Positions 10,170 through 20,775 of a stretch of DNA of 64,000 nt are shown here, one piece after another. The DNA is taken from the NCBI GenBank assembly GCA_036825195.1, contig DAISYQ010000012.1:1241-65240 (forward strand), in the 5' to 3' direction. The notes below the pieces were generated by a model. It was not told the origin of the DNA. It saw only the letters and a program-made list of their open reading frames with translations, and did not search any database. The DNA is from Syntrophales bacterium. Lineage in GTDB: Bacteria; Desulfobacterota; Syntrophia; Syntrophales; UBA2210. A program made the position numbers and the translations under genes. Every line of letters starts with the position of its first letter. Within the stretch, counting starts at the first letter, position 1.

Positions 10170-11537
10170 TCAGTGAGGTGCAATGCCATCGAAACACTGG
10201 AGGCACAAATTTCCTCTGGGGATTAACAGGGATTCCACAAAGGCATCCATGGTGTTAAATTTTACGGAGTCCGCGGCGATCTTTTTTGCGACCCACGCCT
10301 CCAGATCCATCAGCTGTTGCATGGATATGATATCTCCCGTCGTATAGTAATTTCGTGCCAGTAATTCCCCTTCAGACCGGGTGGAGATTCCGAAGGCACA
10401 GGGATACATGAGGGGAGGACAGGCAACCCTGACATGAATTTCTTGTGCCCCCGCTTTCTTCAAATCTCTCACCTTATTCATGATCTGTGTACCTCGTACG
10501 ATCGAATCGTCGCATAGAACAACCCGTTTGCCCTTGACATAGGGAAGGACGGACAGTTTACGTTTTGCCATCTTTTCCCGGGCGACCTGGGTGATCTGGG
10601 TGTAGCTGCGATCGGCGTACCGGTTGTAGAGAAACACATCCTGATAATTAAGCCCTGAGCGTTTATGGTATCCGAGTGCGTGTCCGACACCCGACATGGG
10701 AACCGGCGCGACGATATCCGCCGTGATGCCTCCTTCGTTGATATCCCGCTGCGCGAGGCTTTCTCCCAGATTGTTACGTGCCTCCTGGACGGAAACCCCT
10801 TCTATGATGGAATCGATACTCGCAGTATATGCCCATTCAAAGGCGCAGTGGGCCCTGCGCCGAGAGTTGATCTGCGCTACGGTCTGGAATCCCCTGTCGC
10901 TGATGAGGACGATTTCTCCGGGTGCAACATCCCGATATATTTCCATATCCATATTCTGCAAGGCCCGCGATTCGGAGCTGACGGCGTAGCTCTCGGAATT
11001 TGCTCCGAGAATGAGCGGCCGGAAGCCATAGATATCCCTAGAGGCATAAATGCCGTCTGCAGTCAAAACCACCAGCGAGTACGATCCTTCGACTTTTTCT
11101 GAAAGTGCTGATATGCCGCTTACAATATCGTTATTCTCTATGATGATCTTGGAGATTATCTCGATATCGTACCCTTTGTAGAAAGATTTTCCCCGCATCA
11201 TCATGTCTTTCAGCAATGCGTCGGCATTGATCACATTGCCGCTGAAGGCGACCGATATCTCGCCGGAACGGGTCAGCCATTTCATGGGTTGACGGTCCCT
11301 CAGGCTTACGTGGCCGATTCCCCACGTACCGATCAAGCTGCGCAGTTCTTCACCGGTGAACATGTTGGTGACTCTGCCATGATGGGTAATATGGTTGACT
11401 CCCTCATCAAAGGTTGAGATACCGCAGTATTCCTGTCCTCTGTGCTGCAGAAAATCCAATCCCTGGTAGATCTCATCGACGCACTGGGTTTTTGAATATA
11501 TGCCGAAGACGCCGCAGTTTTCCTCTATGAATTTCAT
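10170..11537 (-). CDS. purF: amidophosphoribosyltransferase
   Basis: N-terminal nucleophile context MKFIEENCGVFGIY of class II glutamine amidotransferases. PRTase motif VVLCDDSIVRGTQ. The ORF extends to 11603, but the upstream 22 codons are unlikely to be translated. Confidence 0.9.
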   Translation of the reverse strand: MKFIEENCGVFGIYSKTQCVDEIYQGLDFLQHRGQEYCGISTFDEGVNHITHHGRVTNMFTGEELRSLIGTWGIGHVSLRDRQPMKWLTRSGEISVAFSGNVINADALLKDMMMRGKSFYKGYDIEIISKIIIENNDIVSGISALSEKVEGSYSLVVLTADGIYASRDIYGFRPLILGANSESYAVSSESRALQNMDMEIYRDVAPGEIVLISDRGFQTVAQINSRRRAHCAFEWAYTASIDSIIEGVSVQEARNNLGESLAQRDINEGGITADIVAPVPMSGVGHALGYHKRSGLNYQDVFLYNRYADRSYTQITQVAREKMAKRKLSVLPYVKGKRVVLCDDSIVRGTQIMNKVRDLKKAGAQEIHVRVACPPLMYPCAFGISTRSEGELLARNYYTTGDIISMQQLMDLEAWVAKKIAADSVKFNTMDAFVESLLIPRGNLCLQCFDGIAPH

Positions 11538-11655
11538 TTCCTGATTTTCCCCTTGCTCTGGATTTTGATAGTCAGTTGTCAATACCGAACAGCGGCGTGA
11601 CATTACGCTTTGTAATCCATGTCAATTCCATACAAAATGAAAAACGAGACTTCGA

Positions 11656-14600
11656 TCACTCTATGTCCGCATGATAGCTCTGAAGAGATTTGACATGGCC
11701 ATGATTTTTCCGTATGGCGGAGATTCCCCTGACGGTTGCCAAGGCTGCGGCTGCCGTTGTGATGTAAGGGACCTTGTATTTGATGGCGGTTTTTCTGATG
11801 TACGAATCGTCATATTTGCTCATTCTGCCGCTCGGTGTGTTGATGACAAGCTGGATCTCGTGGTTTTTTATCCCGTCGGTTATATTGGGACGTCCCTCGT
11901 GCATCTTGAGAATCAATTCGGAGGCGATACCGTGATCCTCGAGGAAACGGCAATTCCCCTGCGTGGCCTTCAGCTTGAAGCCGAGTTTCACGAATTCCCG
12001 TGCCACATCGAGGATAGCCTCCTTATCGTCGTCATACACGGTGATCAGGACGGTACCCTCTTCGGGAAGGACCAGACCGGTAGCCTCCTGTGCCTTGAAA
12101 AAGGCCAGACCGAAAGAATCAGCCATGCCGAGAACTTCTCCCGTTGACCGCATCTCCGGTCCCAGGAGCGGATCGACTTCATGAAACATATTGAAGGGGA
12201 AGACGGCCTCCTTGACACCGAAATGTCGAATTTTCGCCGTTTCAAGACGGAGGTCTTTCAGCTTTTTCCCCAACATCAGTTGTGTGGCGATCCGCGCCAT
12301 CGATATGTTACAGACCTTTGAGACCAGCGGAACCGTCCGTGATGCCCGCGGATTTGCCTCGAGGATATAGACCACATCATCCATAATGGCGTACTGGATG
12401 TTCATGAGTCCCACCACATGCAGTTCTCGGGCGATTTTTTTTGTGTATGCAGAGATGGTGGCTATTGCGGCGGCCGACAGACTGACGGGGGGAATGGTAC
12501 AGGCTGAATCTCCCGAGTGAACGCCAGCGAGTTCGATATGCTCCATGATCGATGGAATAAAGACATCCGTTCCATCAGAGATGGCATCGGTTTCCACCTC
12601 AATGGCATTTTCAAGAAACTTGTCGATAAGGACAGGTCTCTCAGGGGTGACATCGACGGCGGCTGCAAGATACCGTTTCAGCATCTCTTCGTCATGGACC
12701 ACCTCCATCCCGCGCCCTCCCAGGACATAGGATGGCCTGACCATCAGGGGATATCCTATCTGTTGTGCGATGTCGAGTGCCTCTTCCAGGGTGCTCGCCA
12801 TCCCCGATTCCGGCTCCGGGATCCCCAGCTTCTCCATCATTTTCCGGAAGCGGTCCCTGTCTTCCGCCAGGTCGATCATCTCCGGTGAAGTGCCGATGAT
12901 CTTCACCCCCGCCGCAGCCAGTTCATTGGCGAGATTCAGGGGTGTCTGCCCGCCGAACTGCACGATAACCCCCTCAGGTTTCTCCTTTTCATAGATGCTC
13001 AGGACGTCTTCCACGGTCAGGGGTTCGAAGTAGAGTTTATCGGAAGTATCATAGTCGGTGGATACGGTCTCCGGGTTACAGTTGACCATGATTGCCTCTA
13101 ACCCTTCGTCTTTAATGGCAAAGGCGGCATGAACGCAGCAGTAGTCGAATTCTATCCCCTGTCCGATGCGGTTCGGACCCCCGCCGAGGACGATAATCTT
13201 GCGCCTTCCGGTTGATTGCACCTTATCCGGCGCATTGTAGGTTGAGAAGTAGTATGCCGCATCCTCAACCCCGCTGACGGGGACGGGCTCCCATCCTTCT
13301 ACAATACCCAGTGATTGACGCCTCTGTCGTATCTCTTTCTCCGGGATGGTAAGCAGTTTTGAAAGATAGCGGTCGGCGAACCCGTCCCTCTTGGCCCGGA
13401 TCAGCAGATCGTCCGGGAGATCTCGATCCTTGTAGCCGAGGATCTCCTCTTCCATTTCGACCAGTTCCTTCATCTGTTCTATGAACCATGCCTTGATGTG
13501 GGTCCTGGCGTGGAGTTCTTCCACGCATGCCCCTTTGCGCAGTGCCTCGTACATGATGAACTGTCGCTCGCTCATCGGCTTTGACAGGAGCCCCATCAGT
13601 TCATCGAGCGATTTATCATGAAAGTTTTTTGCGAAGCCGAGACCGTAGCGGTTGATCTCCAGAGATCGGATCGCCTTCTGCAGGGCCTCCTTGTAGGTCT
13701 TGCCGATACTCATGACCTCCCCGACCGCCCGCATCTGCGTCCCCAGTTCGTCGATGGCCCCGCCGAATTTTTCAAAGGCCCACCGGGCGAATTTGACGAC
13801 GACGTAATCACCCGTGGGGGTGTACTTGTCCAGGGTCCTCTCTCTCCAGTACGGTATTTCATCCAGGGTCAGCCCGGCCGCCAGCATTGATGAGATGAGG
13901 GCGATGGGGAACCCGGTCGCCTTGGAAGCCAGTGCGGAAGAACGAGATGTTCGCGGGTTGATCTCTATGACCACGACCCGTCCGGTCTCCGGATTGTGGG
14001 CGAATTGCACGTTCGTGCCACCGATGACCTGGATGGCCTCAACGATGTCATAGGAATACTTCTGGAGACGTGCCTGCAGTTCGGGGGAGATCGTCATCAT
14101 GGGTGCAGTGCAGAATGAATCGCCGGTATGGATGCCCATGGCGTCGACGTTTTCTATGAAGCAGACGGTGATCATCTGATTCTTGGCGTCCCGGACGACT
14201 TCCAGTTCCAATTCCTCCCACCCAAGGACGGATTCCTCGACCAGTATCTGGCCGATCAGACTCGCCGAGATCCCCCGGCTGGCGACGGTCTGAAGCTCCT
14301 CCTTATTGTACACCAGTCCGCCTCCGGTTCCGCCCATGGTATAGGCGGGACGGATAACTACTGGGTATCCCAGCTCTTCTGCAATCTGTTCTGCCTCTTC
14401 CACACTGTAGGCGGGCTCGCTTTTAGGCATCTCTATGCCGAGGCTGTCCATGGTCTTCTTGAAGGCGATGCGGTCCTCCCCCCGTTCGATCGCATCGACA
14501 TTGACGCCGATGATCTGGACCCCGTATTTATTGAGGATACCTTTACGGGACAGTTCTGATGTCAGATTGAGCCCCGATTGTCCTCCCAGATTGGGGAGGA

Positions 14601-14856
14601 TAGCGTCCGGGCGTTCCTTTTCAATGATTTCTTTTAAATATCGAAAGTTGAGGGGTTCGATGTAGGTGGCATCAGCCATCCCTGGGTCGGTCATAATGGT
14701 GGCAGGGTTGGAATTAACTAGGACGATTTCATATCCCAGTTTTTTTAGGGCCTTGCATGCCTGTGTTCCCGAATAATCAAATTCGCAGGCCTGCCCGATG
14801 ATGATGGGTCCTGATCCGATAATCAGTATCTTCCTTATATCCGTTCGTGCGGGCAT
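11656..14856 (-). CDS. carB: carbamoyl-phosphate synthase large subunit
   Basis: 1066-aa ORF with duplicated ATP-grasp halves (ILIIGSGPIIIGQACEFDYSGTQA and IIVLGGGPNRIGQGIEFDYCCVHA) and a C-terminal MGS-like domain. Confidence 0.97.
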   Translation of the reverse strand: MPARTDIRKILIIGSGPIIIGQACEFDYSGTQACKALKKLGYEIVLVNSNPATIMTDPGMADATYIEPLNFRYLKEIIEKERPDAILPNLGGQSGLNLTSELSRKGILNKYGVQIIGVNVDAIERGEDRIAFKKTMDSLGIEMPKSEPAYSVEEAEQIAEELGYPVVIRPAYTMGGTGGGLVYNKEELQTVASRGISASLIGQILVEESVLGWEELELEVVRDAKNQMITVCFIENVDAMGIHTGDSFCTAPMMTISPELQARLQKYSYDIVEAIQVIGGTNVQFAHNPETGRVVVIEINPRTSRSSALASKATGFPIALISSMLAAGLTLDEIPYWRERTLDKYTPTGDYVVVKFARWAFEKFGGAIDELGTQMRAVGEVMSIGKTYKEALQKAIRSLEINRYGLGFAKNFHDKSLDELMGLLSKPMSERQFIMYEALRKGACVEELHARTHIKAWFIEQMKELVEMEEEILGYKDRDLPDDLLIRAKRDGFADRYLSKLLTIPEKEIRQRRQSLGIVEGWEPVPVSGVEDAAYYFSTYNAPDKVQSTGRRKIIVLGGGPNRIGQGIEFDYCCVHAAFAIKDEGLEAIMVNCNPETVSTDYDTSDKLYFEPLTVEDVLSIYEKEKPEGVIVQFGGQTPLNLANELAAAGVKIIGTSPEMIDLAEDRDRFRKMMEKLGIPEPESGMASTLEEALDIAQQIGYPLMVRPSYVLGGRGMEVVHDEEMLKRYLAAAVDVTPERPVLIDKFLENAIEVETDAISDGTDVFIPSIMEHIELAGVHSGDSACTIPPVSLSAAAIATISAYTKKIARELHVVGLMNIQYAIMDDVVYILEANPRASRTVPLVSKVCNISMARIATQLMLGKKLKDLRLETAKIRHFGVKEAVFPFNMFHEVDPLLGPEMRSTGEVLGMADSFGLAFFKAQEATGLVLPEEGTVLITVYDDDKEAILDVAREFVKLGFKLKATQGNCRFLEDHGIASELILKMHEGRPNITDGIKNHEIQLVINTPSGRMSKYDDSYIRKTAIKYKVPYITTAAAALATVRGISAIRKNHGHVKSLQSYHADIE

Positions 14857-14945
14857 ATGGCTTCATCCCTCCCCTGATATGCTGTTTGATAAAAAACAAT
14901 GTAAAGCGAAGCGCAGTATAGAAGACACACTCAATCGTGTCAAGG

Positions 14946-14968
14946 TGTAAAAAGACGGCTTCCGTCTT
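14946..14968 (-). terminator. Rho-independent terminator after the RND efflux operon
   Basis: Perfect 7-bp stem AAGACGG/CCGTCTT with a 3-nt loop, followed on the minus strand by TTTTT. It lies about 30 nt downstream of the RND permease stop. Confidence 0.7.
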
Positions 14969-14996
14969 AACTAATCGGATATCTGAACCGGTATTT

Positions 14997-17900
14997 TCAA
15001 TCCCGGGAAGGGCTGATCTTCTCCCTGATCCGTGCGGTGAAGTTGTGGATGTCATCGAGGATGAGGTAGAGACTCGGGATGAGGAGCAGCGTGATGAAGG
15101 TCGCGAAAAGCACGCCGAAGCCGAGACTGACCGCCATGGGGATCAGAAACTTTGCCTGGAGGCTCTTCTCCAGGATGATGGGTGTCAACCCGGCGAAGGT
15201 GGTGAGAGATGTGAGAATAATAGCCCGGAATCGCAGGGTTCCCGCCTGTGTGACAGCGTCGTGCGCACTGGCGCCCTCACGGCGAAGCCGGTTTGTCGCA
15301 TGGATCAGGACGAGTGAATCGTTGACGACGACACCGGCCAACCCCACGATCCCGAAGAGGCTGACAAAGGTGATGTCGAGTCCCATGATGAGATGCCCCG
15401 CCACGGAGCCGACGATACCGAAGGGGATAGCCATCATAACAACAAAGGGCTGTGTGAATGATCTGAACGGTATGGCAAGAAGCGCATAGATACCGAAAAG
15501 GGCGAACCACAGGCCTTTCTTGATGTCGTTCAGAGATTCCTTCTGTTCCTTCCCCTCTCCCTCCATCTCATATCTCAGACCGGGATACCGGTAGGTGAGA
15601 TCGGGGAGGAAACCCTTTTCGAGGGTTTGCCGAACTTCATTGGCATTGGTGACCGTTTCATCCACGTCGGCGTATACCTTGATGACGCGCCGCCTCTGTG
15701 CATGTTCGATAGAAACGTACCCCTGTTCCATCGTAACATCGGCCAACACACTGAAGGGGACTTCCGTGCCGTCGGAGGTCCGGATCCGCATCTCTTCGAC
15801 GTGCCCGAGAGATCGCCGCTCCCCTTCGGGGTAGCGTACCATGACCTTGATCTCATCTGTTCCCCGCTGCATGCGGAGGGCTTCGGCACCGTAGAAGGCG
15901 TGTCGAACCTGCGTGGCGATGTCGTTGAGGGTTACTCCCATACTACGGGCGGTGGGTTTCAGTTTGATCTGCATCTCCTGTTTCCCCGGCAGATAGCTGT
16001 CTTCGATATCATAGACGCCGGGATAACTCTTCAGTTCCTCCTTCAACTCATCAGCCGCCGCCAGGAGATCTTCGTGTTCCTCCAGGGACAGATGAATCTC
16101 GACCGATTTACCCGCGCTGTGCAGAACACTCTTGAAGTTGATCGATTCGATTCCCGGTATCGTACCCGCGTTCTGACGCCACTGTGCAGCGAGTTTCGCC
16201 GTGCTTGTTGTTCGCTTTTCTCCTTCCAGCACCTGTATCCAGATGTGGGCAAGGTGAGCCCCCGTGTCGGACAGACCCCCTCGTTCTCCCACCTGAGCCC
16301 CGATCAGTGAGAAACTGTACTCGAACAGGGGATCCGGACCGGGATGCTCCCTATCCGCATCGTCCAGCGTCTTTCGGGCGGTCTCCAGTAGGTGCCCTAC
16401 CACCTCGTTGGTACGCTCGAGGGGGGTTCCGGAAGGCATGGTGAGGGAACATTCCAGCATGTCTCCTTCCACCTTTGGAAAAAAGGTAAATCCGACAATG
16501 CCTCCCCGGTAGATTCCCACGGTGATAAGCAACAGGGCAACCCCCAGTGCCACCGTGGCATACCGCCATCGGGCACAGAAGTCTACCGCCCTCAGATAAG
16601 GACCGTTGATAAAGGTCCGTAGTCGTCGCGTCGTCCATTTTTCTCTCTGCTTCGCTGATCCCTGTCTGAGGTAAGCGTGCCTACTTCTGGACAGGTGAGA
16701 CGGCAGGATGAAGAGTGATTCGACCAGCGATCCGGCCAGGACAACTATAATCACGATCGGTATGCTGCGCATCAGTTTCCCCATCATCCCGGATGCGATC
16801 AAAAGGGGCGCAAAGGCGGCCATGGTGGTGAGAACGGAGAAGATGACCGGGTGGCCCACCTCAATGGCGCCTTGGGTTGCTGCCTGCAGGGGGGGGAGCC
16901 CCTCCTCCTGTTTCCGGAATATATTTTCTCCGATGATAATGGCATCATCAACCACGATACCCAGTACCATTATGAACGCGAACAGGGAGATCATGTTGAT
17001 CGTCACGTCCAGAGAAGGGAGCGTGGCGAGTCCCGCCAGGAAGGATATGGGAATCCCGAGGGTCACCCAGAATGAGAGTCTCACGGTGAGGAACGTCCCG
17101 AGTATGAGGATCACGAGAACCAGACCGATGGCCATGTTTCTGAGCAGGAGCTGGAGACGGCTGTACAGGATTTCCGACATATCGGCGAAGAAAGCGATAC
17201 CGACACCTGCCGGCAGAGAAGGGCCGACATCGACGAGATACTGTTTAACCTTCCTGGCGACATCGAGCGCGCTCTGATCGGCCACACGGTAGATTTCGAT
17301 CATCTCCGCGGGTTTGCCCTGAAACCGCGCAAAGAGATCGACATCTTCAAAACCGTCACTGAGGGTCGCAATCTGATCGAGCGTCACTTTACTGCCGTTG
17401 GCATTGGTGATGACGGGAATGTCGGCGAATTCATCGGCATAGTACCGTCTGCCCTTGGTACGGATCAATATCTCACCACCCTTTGCCTTGACGCTTCCCG
17501 CCGGAAGATCGAGGCTTGCCCTTCTGACGGCGTCGGCTACCCGGCCCAGGGTCAGACCGTATTGGCGCAATGTTTCCTCGGATATTTCGATATGGATCTC
17601 TGACTTGCGAGCACCCAGGATCTCGGCGGAGGTAACACCCGGCAGATTAGTGATGTCATCCTTGGTCTTCTCAGCATAGTATTTAAGGGTTGCGTAGGGC
17701 ACATCGCCATAGACGGCGACGTCGATTACCTGTACTCGCTGCACGATCTCCCGCACAACCGGTTTTTCCGCCTCATCAGGAAATGTGGTGATGCGGTCGA
17801 CCTCGGCCTTGACCTCATCAAGGAGTTCCTGTATGTCCCACCCCTTGATGACCTGTATGGTAACGACACTGATTCCCTCTTTTGAGGTGGAGTCGATGCG

Positions 17901-18143
17901 CTTGATGCCGGACAGGCCGGCTACCCGTTCTTCTATCCGGCGGCTGATGGCCTCCTCCACTTCGGCAGGCGAAGCACCCTGGTATTCGGTGCTTATGGAG
18001 ATTCTGTCGAGGGAGGTCTCGGGGAACACCTCCAGTTTGATGGAAAAAAACGTGAAGATTCCGGCCAGGACCAGGAATATCATGAGGAGGTTTGCCGCGA
18101 CGTGATTTCCGGCAAACCAGGCAATCATACCTTTCATGATCAC
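14997..18143 (-). CDS. RND (AcrB/HAE1-type) efflux permease
   Basis: 1048-aa ORF with 12-TM architecture and two large periplasmic loops. It is co-operonic with an adaptor and an outer-membrane factor. Confidence 0.93.
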   Translation of the reverse strand: MIMKGMIAWFAGNHVAANLLMIFLVLAGIFTFFSIKLEVFPETSLDRISISTEYQGASPAEVEEAISRRIEERVAGLSGIKRIDSTSKEGISVVTIQVIKGWDIQELLDEVKAEVDRITTFPDEAEKPVVREIVQRVQVIDVAVYGDVPYATLKYYAEKTKDDITNLPGVTSAEILGARKSEIHIEISEETLRQYGLTLGRVADAVRRASLDLPAGSVKAKGGEILIRTKGRRYYADEFADIPVITNANGSKVTLDQIATLSDGFEDVDLFARFQGKPAEMIEIYRVADQSALDVARKVKQYLVDVGPSLPAGVGIAFFADMSEILYSRLQLLLRNMAIGLVLVILILGTFLTVRLSFWVTLGIPISFLAGLATLPSLDVTINMISLFAFIMVLGIVVDDAIIIGENIFRKQEEGLPPLQAATQGAIEVGHPVIFSVLTTMAAFAPLLIASGMMGKLMRSIPIVIIVVLAGSLVESLFILPSHLSRSRHAYLRQGSAKQREKWTTRRLRTFINGPYLRAVDFCARWRYATVALGVALLLITVGIYRGGIVGFTFFPKVEGDMLECSLTMPSGTPLERTNEVVGHLLETARKTLDDADREHPGPDPLFEYSFSLIGAQVGERGGLSDTGAHLAHIWIQVLEGEKRTTSTAKLAAQWRQNAGTIPGIESINFKSVLHSAGKSVEIHLSLEEHEDLLAAADELKEELKSYPGVYDIEDSYLPGKQEMQIKLKPTARSMGVTLNDIATQVRHAFYGAEALRMQRGTDEIKVMVRYPEGERRSLGHVEEMRIRTSDGTEVPFSVLADVTMEQGYVSIEHAQRRRVIKVYADVDETVTNANEVRQTLEKGFLPDLTYRYPGLRYEMEGEGKEQKESLNDIKKGLWFALFGIYALLAIPFRSFTQPFVVMMAIPFGIVGSVAGHLIMGLDITFVSLFGIVGLAGVVVNDSLVLIHATNRLRREGASAHDAVTQAGTLRFRAIILTSLTTFAGLTPIILEKSLQAKFLIPMAVSLGFGVLFATFITLLLIPSLYLILDDIHNFTARIREKISPSRD

Positions 18144-19369
18144 TCCTTCTCCAGTGCCGCCCGAACGGTCATGCCGTCCGTGGGGGCCTTGAGTGTCGAA
18201 AAGACTATCATCTCGCCATCTTTAATGCCGGATTCCACGACAACCTCTTCCCCCTGATGACGGGCAACCCTGACCGGACGAAAATGGAGAATACCGCTAT
18301 CATCCACAATCCAAACGATATCTCCCTGATGCAGGGCGGCCCGTGGAATAACGGCGGCATCGGGCAGCATCCGCCCACTGATATCGACGGTCACGAAGAG
18401 GCCGATCGCAAGAGGCGGTTTTGTCGCGTACGGTTTTTCAACCCTGACGATGATGGTTATCATCCGTGTCTTTTCATCCACCTTCCCCTCAGCGCGGATT
18501 ACCTTCCCCGAAAAGGTCAGATTTCGTCCCGCAATTTCCGCATGAACGGTGGCAGGCGACGGAGATCCTCCGCCGGGTGTAAATCCGGGAACGTCAAACC
18601 AGAAGAGGGTCTCGTCTTCAATCGGCAGGGCGATTTCCACCGCTTCTGTTGAAAAGAGTTCTGCCAGTGCCTGTCCCGGTGTCACATATTGCCCCAGATC
18701 AACGAATTTCTTGCCGACTCTGCCATCGAAAGGCGCCTTCAAGACGGTTCGTTCAAGGTCCAAGAGCGCCTTTTCCAGATCTGCCCGGCTGGCTTCAAGT
18801 CGTGCGTGGGCCGCCTCCAGTTGCGGTTTCTTGGCCACCAGCGGCGGCGGATCTTCGATAGTGCGAGAGGTGTCCGAATAGTGGCTCCGCCATTCTTCCC
18901 GCGCCACCAGCGCTTCCTCCTGAATCATCTTCAGACTGCTCTCCGCATCCTTTACCTGCGCCTTTGCCAGGGTAACGGCCAGTTCGTAATCGACGGGATC
19001 TATTGCAAGCAATATATTGCCCTTGGTGAATGATCCTCCATTGACCAGGTCCGGCGAGATACGGACGATCTTGCCTCCAACCTCCGAAACGAGGTTGATC
19101 TCTCGCAGTGGCTGCACCGTCCCCTCACCACGAATGATGATGGTCTGCGGTCCGGTTGTCGCCTTTGTCACGCGTACCGCAGGAATCGGAACGGGGGGTA
19201 CCACTTTTTCGAGTTGGGATCTGGTTGCCGTCAGCGCACCCATGATGACGATTCCCGCGACGATGAGTGTCACACTGACGATAATATGAATGACGCGTTT
19301 TCGGGTCCGGGTCTTTGCCTTTCCCGTGGAGACTTGATTCTCAGCCATGGATTGCCTTTCCTCTTTCAT
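18140..19369 (-). CDS. RND efflux periplasmic adaptor (membrane fusion protein)
   Basis: 409-aa ORF with N-terminal TM anchor, a coiled-coil hairpin segment (EAAHARLEASRADLEKALLDLERT) and beta-barrel regions. It has 4-nt overlaps with both neighbours. Confidence 0.9.
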   Translation of the reverse strand: MKEERQSMAENQVSTGKAKTRTRKRVIHIIVSVTLIVAGIVIMGALTATRSQLEKVVPPVPIPAVRVTKATTGPQTIIIRGEGTVQPLREINLVSEVGGKIVRISPDLVNGGSFTKGNILLAIDPVDYELAVTLAKAQVKDAESSLKMIQEEALVAREEWRSHYSDTSRTIEDPPPLVAKKPQLEAAHARLEASRADLEKALLDLERTVLKAPFDGRVGKKFVDLGQYVTPGQALAELFSTEAVEIALPIEDETLFWFDVPGFTPGGGSPSPATVHAEIAGRNLTFSGKVIRAEGKVDEKTRMITIIVRVEKPYATKPPLAIGLFVTVDISGRMLPDAAVIPRAALHQGDIVWIVDDSGILHFRPVRVARHQGEEVVVESGIKDGEMIVFSTLKAPTDGMTVRAALEKE

Positions 19370-20775
19370 TCATTCCGCACCCCCGGGTTTTCGATTTGCG
19401 GGTTGCCCCAGCCGCCGCCCAGTGCGCGGTGCAGTGTTACGCGATTGCTGAGGATGGCCAGTTCAACCAGTACGAGGTTTTCTTCGGCCTGAAAACGGGC
19501 CTGCTGGGCGTCAAGCACGGTGAGGTAATCGACCAGTCCCCGTTCGTATCGGTTTTCGGCCACCTGCTGGGTGGCCTTCGCTTCGGAGAGAAAGATCAGC
19601 ATCTTTTCTCTTTTTTTCATCTGCTCCTTCCGCGTCAGGAGAGCGCTTTCCACTTCAGAAAATGCATTGAGGACCGTCTTGGCGTAATCGGCCAGCCCCT
19701 GCTGAAACTGTGCCTCTGCAGCCCGCTGGCCTGCCTTGAGTTTTCCCGCATCAAAGATCGGTGAAAGTGCCCCGAGCGATATATTCCACAGGCTGCTCCC
19801 CGGCATAATCAGTCGATCGAGCTCACTGCTGGAATAGCCGAAACTGCCTGTCAGTGTTATTCTCGGGAATCGGTTGGCTGTGGCGACGCCAATCTTCGCG
19901 TTCAATGCCTGCAGGTTTGCCTCCGCCGCCCTGATGTCGGGTCGGTTCAGGAGGAGTTCTGACGGCAGACCCGGTGGTACGGGGGAGGGCAGCCTGAAGT
20001 AGTCTTCCTGATGTGTCCGTGCCGATAGGGTTTCCGGATAGTGTCCCGAAAGGACGGCCAGCTTCTGCTGTGCGATGCCGAGTTCCTGCCGCAACGAGGG
20101 GAGCGCGGCTTCCGTCTGGGCGAGAATACGTCGTGCCTGCCGGAGATCCAGGATGGACGTCAAACCACCTTCGTATCGTCTTTCCACGAATGCAAGGTTT
20201 CGGCGGTAATTTTCTATGCTTTGCGTTGTGATCTGAATCCTTCTCTCCAGGGATTCCATCTGGAAATATAACGTTATCGCTTCCGATATGATGGTCTGGG
20301 CAATGATGCGGGCATTCTCCTCCGTTTGTGCGAGGCTCGCAAGGGCGGCTTCCTCGGTGCGGGCCAGGCGGCCCCAGAGGTCGATCTCGAATGATGCCGG
20401 CAGAGAGAGGCTGTAGAGGTTTGATTCGATTCCCGGAAGAACGCGCTGTCTTCTCGCTTCGCCCGTAATTTTGAGGCTGGGATACCGGTCTGCCCTGGAT
20501 TGAACAAAATAGGCACGCATCTCGGAGATGACGGCCAGTGCCTTTCTAATGTCCAGATTGTTCGACAATACGGTTGTCACGACCCGGTCCAGTTCGGGGC
20601 TGTTGAACGCGGTCCACCACCGGTCGATATGCTTCTCCGTTGAGCTATCGGGTGAAGCGTGCTGATACGACTCCCTGATCTGTGACTGCATGTCGGGTTT
20701 TGTGAAGTCGGGGCCCACTTTCATGCATCCCGAAAGGAGTGTAATGGTCAAGAGTACGACTGCCCTGTATTTCAC
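19366..20775 (-). CDS. efflux outer-membrane factor lipoprotein (NodT/OprM family)
   Basis: 469-aa ORF with lipobox TLLSGC and a duplicated alpha-helical/beta-barrel repeat pattern typical of TolC-like OMFs. Confidence 0.9.
   Translation of the reverse strand: MKYRAVVLLTITLLSGCMKVGPDFTKPDMQSQIRESYQHASPDSSTEKHIDRWWTAFNSPELDRVVTTVLSNNLDIRKALAVISEMRAYFVQSRADRYPSLKITGEARRQRVLPGIESNLYSLSLPASFEIDLWGRLARTEEAALASLAQTEENARIIAQTIISEAITLYFQMESLERRIQITTQSIENYRRNLAFVERRYEGGLTSILDLRQARRILAQTEAALPSLRQELGIAQQKLAVLSGHYPETLSARTHQEDYFRLPSPVPPGLPSELLLNRPDIRAAEANLQALNAKIGVATANRFPRITLTGSFGYSSSELDRLIMPGSSLWNISLGALSPIFDAGKLKAGQRAAEAQFQQGLADYAKTVLNAFSEVESALLTRKEQMKKREKMLIFLSEAKATQQVAENRYERGLVDYLTVLDAQQARFQAEENLVLVELAILSNRVTLHRALGGGWGNPQIENPGVRNE

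Noticed and set aside
11671-18105. Many plus-strand ORFs of 60-230 aa inside carB and the RND permease gene
   Set aside because: All lie antisense to long genes with unmistakable family motifs. They have low-complexity Arg/Ser/Pro-rich translations and no RBS or motif support. These are typical GC-driven shadow ORFs.
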